Source of the DNA: Candidatus Micrarchaeia archaeon
Lineage (GTDB): Archaea > Micrarchaeota > Micrarchaeia > Burarchaeales > JACRGF01
Assembly (NCBI GenBank): GCA_038870455.1
Contig: JAWCPB010000027.1
Span: 1 to 14,675, forward strand
Direction of reading: 5' to 3'
Length of the DNA stretch: 14,675 bases
Shown piece after piece: positions 8,966-14,675 of the stretch; position 1 is the stretch's first letter; every line of letters begins with the position of its first letter. The translations under genes were made by a program, and so were the position numbers. The notes beneath the pieces were generated by a model. The model had not been told where the DNA came from and ran no database searches. It saw only the letters and a list, made by a program, of their open reading frames with translations.

Positions 8966-8998
8966 CGCTGTTCGATGACCGAGGTGAGATGAATGGCG
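8966..8998 (+). promoter_or_regulatory. Putative L7Ae-binding kink-turn/K-loop autoregulatory element in the rpl7ae 5' UTR
   Basis: Two box C-like GAUGA motifs (8974-8978, 8988-8992) flank the SD GAGGUGA. They are enclosed by the stem CGCUGUUC/GAAUGGCG (8966-8973/8991-8998), which includes the AUG. Confidence 0.55.
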
Positions 8999-9526
8999 AA
9001 AAGCTATGTGAAATTTTCGACGCCCAAGGAAGTGGCGGACAAGGCCTACCAGGCCATTGAGATGGCCAAAGACACGGGCAGGGTGCGCAAGGGCACGAAC
9101 GAGGCCACCAAGGCAATCGAAAGGGGAGAGGCGGCCCTCGTCGTGATAGCCGAGGACGTGGAGCCAGAGGAAGTGGTCATGCACCTGCCTGTCATCTGCG
9201 AGGAAAAGCGCGTGCCGTACGTGTACGTCCCTGGAAAGAAGGAGCTGGGAAAGGCGGCGGGCCTCGAAGTGCCGTGCGCCGCAGTGGCGATAGAAAAAGC
9301 CGGCAACGCGAGCGAGCTCGTGGGCGAAATCACGTCAAAAGTCCCGAGCGGCAAGCTCAGGGAAAAGCCTGCCGAGGAGGAGAAGCCTGCCGCGCCGGCA
9401 AAGGCAGAGGCCAAGCCAGAGGAAAAGCCGAAGAAGGAGAGGAAGCCGAGGAAGAAGGAGGGAAAGGCTGGGGAGAAGAAGGAAGCTGAAAAGAAGGAGG
9501 AAAAGGCCGAGGCAAAGGCCCAGTGA
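8993..9526 (+). CDS. rpl7ae: Ribosomal protein L7Ae (eL8), with a ~60 aa Lys/Glu-rich C-terminal extension
   Basis: [34 protein letters not shown]...LGKAAGLEV core; SD GAGGTGA. Confidence 0.97.
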   Translation: MAKSYVKFSTPKEVADKAYQAIEMAKDTGRVRKGTNEATKAIERGEAALVVIAEDVEPEEVVMHLPVICEEKRVPYVYVPGKKELGKAAGLEVPCAAVAIEKAGNASELVGEITSKVPSGKLREKPAEEEKPAAPAKAEAKPEEKPKKERKPRKKEGKAGEKKEAEKKEEKAEAKAQ

Positions 9527-9531
9527 AGCCC

Positions 9532-9741
9532 ATGGCAATCGAGCCAGCGACCGCCGAAGTCGTCGAAGTGCTTGGAAAGACGGGCATCTACGGCGAAGTC
9601 TACCAGGTCATGTGCAAGATACTCGAGGGAAGGGACAAAGGCAGGGTGATACGCCGGAACGTCAAGGGTCCGGTGCGGCGCGGCGACAAGATAATACTGC
9701 TGGAGACCGAGCGCGAGGCAAAGGTGATAAAGGCAAGGTGA
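9532..9741 (+). CDS. rps28e: 30S ribosomal protein S28e
   Basis: [26 protein letters not shown]...[25 protein letters not shown] 9532 preferred; GTG 9523 is an alternative. Confidence 0.97.
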   Translation: MAIEPATAEVVEVLGKTGIYGEVYQVMCKILEGRDKGRVIRRNVKGPVRRGDKIILLETEREAKVIKAR

Positions 9742-9751
9742 GGTGCGCGGG

Positions 9752-9931
9752 TTGAACTGTTCGTTCTGCGGAAGCGAAGTCGAGAGGGGAACGGGGTACA
9801 TGTTCGTGCGGCGCGACGGCTCGTTCCTGGCCTTCTGCTCGAGCAAGTGCAGGAAAAACCTCCTCCGCCTCGGCAGGAGCCCGAGGAGGCTCAAGTGGGT
9901 GACGGCGAAAAAGAAGAAAGCGAAAAGGTGA
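9752..9931 (+). CDS. rpl24e: 50S ribosomal protein L24e
   Basis: CSFCG...[11 protein letters not shown]...FCSSKC...PRRLKW zinc-binding motif. TTG 9752 follows SD GAGGTG; GTG 9743 is an alternative start. Confidence 0.96.
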   Translation: MNCSFCGSEVERGTGYMFVRRDGSFLAFCSSKCRKNLLRLGRSPRRLKWVTAKKKKAKR

Positions 9932-9935
9932 TTTG

Positions 9936-10442
9936 ATGCAGAGAACATTTGTCATGCTCAAGCCCGATGCGCTGACCCGGGGACTCATTGGGGAAGTGAT
10001 TTCCAGGTTCGAAAAACGAGGCCTCCGCATAGTGGGGCTGAAAATGATCCGCATGGACGAGAAGCTGTGCAGGACACACTACGCGCACCACGCCGGCAAA
10101 AGCTTTTTCCCGAGCCTCATCCGCTTCATGACATCCACGCCCGTGGTGTGCCTCGTGCTGGAGGGAAAGCAGGCCATTGAAGTCGTGCGGAAGATGAGCG
10201 GCCTCACGAACGCGCGCGAAGCCGAGCCCGGCACGATAAGGGGCGACTACTCGCTGAGCACGCAGGTGAACATCATTCACGCCAGCGACACGCCCGAGAT
10301 GGCCGAAGCAGAGATAACGCGCTTCTTCAAGCCCGGCGAGCTATTCGACTACAGCCTCCCGTTCGTGCAGTACGCCGAAGACGAGCTCGCCGAACGCAGG
10401 GAACTCGTACCCCCGAGCAAGAAACACAGGGAAGAGCCATGA
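9936..10442 (+). CDS. ndk: Nucleoside diphosphate kinase
   Basis: QRTFVMLKPDA, PGTIRGDY and catalytic NIIHASD; SD AGGTGA; conserved position after rpl24e. Confidence 0.97.
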   Translation: MQRTFVMLKPDALTRGLIGEVISRFEKRGLRIVGLKMIRMDEKLCRTHYAHHAGKSFFPSLIRFMTSTPVVCLVLEGKQAIEVVRKMSGLTNAREAEPGTIRGDYSLSTQVNIIHASDTPEMAEAEITRFFKPGELFDYSLPFVQYAEDELAERRELVPPSKKHREEP

Positions 10443-10446
10443 GAAC

Positions 10447-11490
10447 ATGAACCACCACGAGAGCCATCACGCCGCGGCTCCGCCACAGCAAAAGCCGTTG
10501 GACGCGGATATCCTCATTCTCGCCGCGCTCGTTGTTGGCCTGGCAGTAGGCTGGCTTGCGGCAGGCTATCTTGCGCCAAAACCAGCCGCGAACGAATCTG
10601 TCCTCTCTCTAGAAAACGCCAGCGCGAAAGCGCTTCTGCTGCTCAACCAGAATTTCCTCGCCCCGCAGGGAGTGAGCGCGACGCTCGTAAACGCGAGCGG
10701 GGCGGCAGGCCTATATAAGATAACCTTCCGCATCGAGCGGGCGGGCCAAGTGCTTCAAGTCATAGACGCCTACCTCTCCCCGGACGGCTCCCTTCTGTTT
10801 CCCCAGGCCATTAACCTGAGCCAAAAGCTTTCGCTCGAGCCAGAGCAGCCCGCCCAGCCCCCGAGCATTCCAAAATCGGACAAGCCTTCGGTGATGCTTT
10901 TCGTGATGAGCTTCTGCCCGTACGGCATAATGGCGGAGAAGGCCATGGCGCCCGTTGTGCAGGCCCTTGCAAACGCCACCGAGATAGAGCCGCACTTTGT
11001 CATCTACGGCGGCTTCTGCGCGGGCGGCCGATGCAACCCATCTGACTACTGCATCGCGGGCGGCTCGCTGTGCTCCATGCACGGGCTGGACGAGCTGCTC
11101 GAGGACGTCAGGCAGCTGTGCATCTGGAAGCACGCCCGCGCCAAGTTCTGGGACTACGTCATGTACGTGGATAACAACTGCAGCATCCACAACATCGGAA
11201 CGTGCTGGCGCGACGCGGCCAACGCGACCGGCATCGACCAGGCCGCCATCGAAGCCTGCCAGCAAAGCGAAGCCGAGGCGCTGCTGCGTGCGGAGGCGAG
11301 CCTCAACGCACAGTTCGGTGTCCAAGGCTCACCCACTCTTGTCATAAACGGCGTGCAGTACGAGGGAAGCCGCACCCCGCAGGCCTTCCTGCAGGCAGTC
11401 TGCGGGGCCTTCAACAACCCACCTGCCGGATGCAATGCAACTCTCGAGGCAGCACCTTCTTCTCCACCGCCTTCGAGCTCCTGCGGGTAA
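10447..11490 (+). CDS. Membrane-anchored, Cys-rich thioredoxin-fold (DsbA/GILT-like) protein
   Basis: N-terminal TM helix (ILILAALVVGLAVGWLAAGYL), DsbC-N-like segment (LYKITF...YLSPDGSLLFP), FVMSFCPYG active-site-like motif, and GVQGSPTLVING cis-Pro loop; 12 Cys in total. Confidence 0.75.
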   Translation: MNHHESHHAAAPPQQKPLDADILILAALVVGLAVGWLAAGYLAPKPAANESVLSLENASAKALLLLNQNFLAPQGVSATLVNASGAAGLYKITFRIERAGQVLQVIDAYLSPDGSLLFPQAINLSQKLSLEPEQPAQPPSIPKSDKPSVMLFVMSFCPYGIMAEKAMAPVVQALANATEIEPHFVIYGGFCAGGRCNPSDYCIAGGSLCSMHGLDELLEDVRQLCIWKHARAKFWDYVMYVDNNCSIHNIGTCWRDAANATGIDQAAIEACQQSEAEALLRAEASLNAQFGVQGSPTLVINGVQYEGSRTPQAFLQAVCGAFNNPPAGCNATLEAAPSSPPPSSSCG

Positions 11491-11502
11491 CCAGAGCAAG
11501 GC

Positions 11503-11529
11503 TTTAATATTTAGGCTAGCCTAAATATT
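11503..11529 (+). promoter_or_regulatory. TATA box plus DtxR/IdeR-type operator palindrome
   Basis: TTTAATAT (11503-11510) overlaps the perfect 24-bp palindrome AATATTTAGGCTAGCCTAAATATT (11506-11529). Its TTAGG-N4-CCTAA core resembles DtxR/IdeR boxes, and it sits 1 nt before the repressor's GTG. Confidence 0.85.
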
Positions 11530-11530
11530 C

Positions 11531-12169
11531 GTGCCCGGCAGAAGCGAGGAGGATTATCTCAAGGCGATTTACGAGCTTCAGTCCAGGCACAACAGGGGCG
11601 CGAGGGTCAGCGAAATCGCGGCCGCGCTGGGCGTGGCTGACGCGAGCGTCTCGGAAATGCTGGAGAGGCTCGCGCGCGAGGGGCTGGTTGAAAGAAAAAA
11701 GTACGGCGCGGTGTCGCTGACAAAAGAGGGGGCGGAAAAGGCGGGCGGGATGGTCCGCAAGCACCGTCTTCTCGAAGTGTTTTTCGAGCGGCTGCTGGGC
11801 TTGAAGAAAGAGTTTCACAGGGAAGCGCACGCGCTCGAGCACGCGCTTTCTGAGAAGGCGAGCGAGAGGCTGGCGCGCCTGCTTGGAAACCCGAGGCGGT
11901 GCCCCGACGGCGACATCATTCCAGCGCCGTCCGCGGCCTTGCTCACGCTGGACAGGGTGCGCGGCGGAACGGCCTGCAGGGTGGTTTTCTCCAAGTTCGA
12001 GAGGAAAGAGGATGCGAAGAGGCTCGCGGCCATGGGACTGCTTCCCGGAGAGAGGGTGAGGGTGGAACGCGTCCTTCCCCGCGGCCCGGCCATTGTCGTC
12101 ATAAAAGGAGCGAGGATCGCGCTCGGGAAGGACGTGTGCTCGAAGGTGTTCGTCGAGCTGGTTCGATGA
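11531..12169 (+). CDS. DtxR/IdeR/MntR-family metal-dependent repressor with C-terminal FeoA-like domain
   Basis: EDYLKAIYEL, HTH VSEIAAALGVADASVSEML, KHRLLEVFF, EAHALEHALS, LGNPRRCPDG, and a FeoA-like tail RLAAMGLLPGERVRV...RIALG. Confidence 0.93.
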   Translation: MPGRSEEDYLKAIYELQSRHNRGARVSEIAAALGVADASVSEMLERLAREGLVERKKYGAVSLTKEGAEKAGGMVRKHRLLEVFFERLLGLKKEFHREAHALEHALSEKASERLARLLGNPRRCPDGDIIPAPSAALLTLDRVRGGTACRVVFSKFERKEDAKRLAAMGLLPGERVRVERVLPRGPAIVVIKGARIALGKDVCSKVFVELVR

Positions 12170-13914
12170 GGTGCCACGGCTGCGGCCCCCTGAAGGGAGC
12201 GGACATCGTTCTCGCCGGCAACCCCAATGTGGGAAAAAGCCTGCTGTTCAACCACCTGTGCGGACTGGGCGCCATCGTCTCGAACTATCCCGGCACTACT
12301 GTTGAGATTCTCGAAGGGGACACGTTCATTAGGGAGAAAAAACTACGCGTGGCCGACCTGCCCGGCCTCTACTCGCTCTTCGGAGGCTCGGAGGACGAGC
12401 GGGCAGCGCTCGCCTACCTGCGGAAAACGCGCCCGCGGGCGGTCATAAACATCGTTGACGCCAAGCTGCTGGAGAGAAACCTCTTCCTCACACTCTCTCT
12501 CAAGACGCTGGGCCTGCCGGTGGTGCTCGCGCTCAACTTCTGGGAAGAGGCCGAAGCAGAAGGAAAACACATTGACGAGCGCGCGCTCGAAAAACAGCTT
12601 GGCTGTCCGGTGGTGAAGATAAACGCCCTCAAGGGAACCGGCATTGAGGAGCTCGTGCGCGCCGCACTCAAATGCAGAAGGAGGAGGGAGAGAAGCAGGC
12701 CGGACGCCAGGGCACTGCATGCCGAGGCCAGGAGGATCGCGCGGAATGTCATCACGAGAATTCCGGCTGAAAGGAGGGGAGGATGGGGGGAGCTTCTTGA
12801 CAAGCTCACCACCAGTCCCATCAGCGGCTCGCTCACCCTCCTGCTCGTGCTCGGCGCGCTGTTCGCGGCGCTCTTCCTGGTGGGCGGGACGCTGAGCGGA
12901 ATCATCGGAGGTGCCTTCGAGCAGTACGCCGCGCCTCCGCTCAACGCGTTGATCGCCCCCATCCCGTCCGAGGCAGCGCGCGAGGCACTGCGGTGGGCGC
13001 TCGTGGATGGAATCAATGCAGGCCTCCAGATCGCCGTGCCCTACGTCCTTGTTTTCTATTTCATCATCGCCTTCCTGGAGGACAGCGGCTACCTGCCGCG
13101 CATGGCTTTCCTGCTCGACAGGGTGTTTCATTCGCTTGGCCTGCACGGGAAGGCAATCGTTCCCATGATGCTGGGCTTCGGATGCAGCGTGCCCGCGGTG
13201 ATTTCCACGAGAATCCTCCCGAGCACGCGCGAGAGGATGATTACGGCAGCGCTTGTTGCGCTCGTTCCCTGCTCTGCCAGGACCGCAGTCATCCTCGGCG
13301 CGACAGGCGTGTTCCTGGGCTGGCAGTGGGCGCTCGCGATATACGCGATAGTGCTGCTGCTCATTCTCGCGGTCGGATTTATTCTCGGGAGAAGCCTGCC
13401 TGGGCGGCCCACGGGCCTCATCATGGAGCTCCCACCCTACCGCGTTCCATCAGCGAAAAACGTATTCGCCAAAACCTGGCTGCGTCTCAAGCACTTTCTG
13501 CTCGACGCTTTTCCGCTCGTCATGCTGGGCTCGGGCGTTCTCGGAGGCCTCAATGCGCTGGGCCTGCTCGAGCCCGCCCTCAAGCCATTCGAGCCGATAG
13601 TCTCTGGTTGGCTGGGCCTGCCGCCAGCCGCAGGCGTCACCCTGCTCTTCGGAATACTCAGGAAAGAGCTCGCGCTCGAGCTCCTTGCAGTGACGGGCGG
13701 AAGCACGAACCTGCCTTTGTTCATGACGCCGACGCAAATCTTCGTATTCTCGCTTGTGACGACAATCTACATTCCATGCATTGCGACCATAGCCACACTG
13801 AAGAGGGAATTCGGGTGGAAGAAGGCGCTGGCGATCTCGCTTGCGACCATCGCGCTCGCCGTGCTGGCAGGGGGAATTGCAGCCAGGATGCTTCCGGTAT
13901 GGGTATTTGATTGA
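12166..13914 (+). CDS. feoB: Ferrous iron transport protein B
   Basis: G1 GNPNVGKS, G2 NYPGTTVE, G3 DLPG; membrane motifs LEDSGYLPRMAF, LGFGCSVPA, VPCSAR, MELPPYRVP and YIPCIATIA. Start at ATG 12166 in an ATGA overlap with the repressor stop (582 aa). Confidence 0.95.
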   Translation: MRCHGCGPLKGADIVLAGNPNVGKSLLFNHLCGLGAIVSNYPGTTVEILEGDTFIREKKLRVADLPGLYSLFGGSEDERAALAYLRKTRPRAVINIVDAKLLERNLFLTLSLKTLGLPVVLALNFWEEAEAEGKHIDERALEKQLGCPVVKINALKGTGIEELVRAALKCRRRRERSRPDARALHAEARRIARNVITRIPAERRGGWGELLDKLTTSPISGSLTLLLVLGALFAALFLVGGTLSGIIGGAFEQYAAPPLNALIAPIPSEAAREALRWALVDGINAGLQIAVPYVLVFYFIIAFLEDSGYLPRMAFLLDRVFHSLGLHGKAIVPMMLGFGCSVPAVISTRILPSTRERMITAALVALVPCSARTAVILGATGVFLGWQWALAIYAIVLLLILAVGFILGRSLPGRPTGLIMELPPYRVPSAKNVFAKTWLRLKHFLLDAFPLVMLGSGVLGGLNALGLLEPALKPFEPIVSGWLGLPPAAGVTLLFGILRKELALELLAVTGGSTNLPLFMTPTQIFVFSLVTTIYIPCIATIATLKREFGWKKALAISLATIALAVLAGGIAARMLPVWVFD

Positions 13915-13923
13915 ACCATATGG

Positions 13924-14451
13924 TTGATTTTTGGACGGATGGGCAGGCGCGGTTTCGTTACCGTATTGCGCTTTTTCCTAGAAAACCCTTCCCTTGAAGC
14001 GCACGCCGCAGAGCTGAAGAGAAGACTGGAGGTCTCCAAGAACAGCTTGTTAGACGCGCTCAGGCAGCTTGAGCAAACCGGGCTGTTGCGCAAGAAAGCG
14101 TATGGAAGGGCGCTTTACTATTCTTTTGACAGGTCTGACGTTCTCGGGAAAGAGCTGAGGAAACTCCTGACCTTGAGCGCCTTGCGGGAGCGCCTGCGGG
14201 AAAGAGAGCTTGAAGGAATTGAAGTATTCCTGTATGGAAGCGCGGCCCGCGGGGAGAACACAGAGGCAAGCGACATCGACATCCTGGCCGTCGGCCCGCA
14301 GGAAAAAAGGACTTCAAGCGAGCTCAACCGCGCCCTGGAGGGAATGAAAACCAAGCTCCTTTACCTCACCCCACTTGAATACTCTGAATTGGCCAGAAAG
14401 GACAGGGCGCTTTACGACAGCATCGAGAGAGACAAGGTGAGGCTGGTTTGA
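13924..14451 (+). CDS. Winged-helix plus minimal nucleotidyltransferase (MNT/MntA-like) antitoxin
   Basis: N-terminal HTH (ELKRRLEVSKNSLLDALRQLEQTGLL) and the pol-beta NT motif FLYGSAARGENTEASDIDIL. The start is uncertain (TTG 13924, ATG 13939, or out-of-frame ATG 13920). Confidence 0.85.
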   Translation: MIFGRMGRRGFVTVLRFFLENPSLEAHAAELKRRLEVSKNSLLDALRQLEQTGLLRKKAYGRALYYSFDRSDVLGKELRKLLTLSALRERLRERELEGIEVFLYGSAARGENTEASDIDILAVGPQEKRTSSELNRALEGMKTKLLYLTPLEYSELARKDRALYDSIERDKVRLV

Positions 14452-14675
14452 ATGGATCTGGAGGAGTGCGTGGAGAAGGGCCTGCTGCAAAAAACCAGCC
14501 CGAACACGCAGTACGCGGGAAAGGAATGGCGTGAGGCGCTGCTCGATCTGGCTGAGGCGGAAGAGCTTTTTCTGGAAAACGCTTCAAGCGCAGCATCATC
14601 GCCGGCTATTACGCCATGTTCCACGCAGCAAAAGGAGTCCTCCAAAAGCCGGATGGAAGGAAAAAGCCCATTACG
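14452..14675 (+). pseudogene. HEPN-domain protein (MNT partner), apparently frameshifted twice; truncated by the window end
   Basis: ATG 14452 directly follows the MNT stop. The start frame gives MDLEECVEKGLLQKTSPNTQYAGKEWREALLDLAEAEELF. HEPN-typical RFKRSIIAGYYAMFHAAKGVLQK continues only in the -1 frame (from 14580), and GWKEKAHY only after a second -1 shift (from 14651). Confidence 0.7.

Noticed and set aside
9046..9948. 300-aa minus-strand ORF
   Set aside because: Antisense to rpl7ae, rps28e and rpl24e; its Phe/Ser-rich composition simply mirrors the Lys/Glu tail.
11479..11490. Selenocysteine-type C-terminal redox motif in the thioredoxin-fold protein
   Set aside because: The gene ends TGC GGG TAA; there is no in-frame TGA.
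11899..12165. N-terminal extension of the 671-aa FeoB ORF
   Set aside because: Overlaps the repressor's FeoA domain in another frame; the ATGA-coupled start at 12166 is far more plausible.
1..14675. CRISPR arrays, tRNA/rRNA genes, IS elements, integrase or att sites
   Set aside because: No spaced direct repeats, cloverleaf-like segments, transposase motifs or terminal inverted repeats were seen; intergenic gaps are short and otherwise explained.

Overview
GC-rich archaeal chromosomal segment, possibly DPANN/Micrarchaeota-like (an inference from gene content and protein style only). On the minus strand is a complete A-type (A1AO) ATP synthase operon in the order H-I-K-E-C-F-A-B-D (8858->344). 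It is followed by the 5' end of an AT-rich (~31% GC) restriction-modification-type gene with an HsdR_N-like domain that the ORF track missed. Diverging on the plus strand are rpl7ae-rps28e-rpl24e-ndk and a Cys-rich membrane-anchored thioredoxin-fold protein resembling eukaryotic GILT. Next come a DtxR/IdeR-family repressor with a perfect 24-bp palindromic operator, translationally coupled to feoB, and an MNT-HEPN toxin-antitoxin-type pair whose HEPN gene carries two frameshifts. The most interesting signals are the GILT-like redox protein, RNA structures in the atpK-atpE spacer and rpl7ae leader, Lys/Glu/Ala/Pro-rich tails on AtpB and L7Ae, the c-subunit ion-binding motif, and the broken HEPN gene. 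Most of the window is ordinary housekeeping DNA, and I cannot demonstrate a wholly new system from sequence alone.
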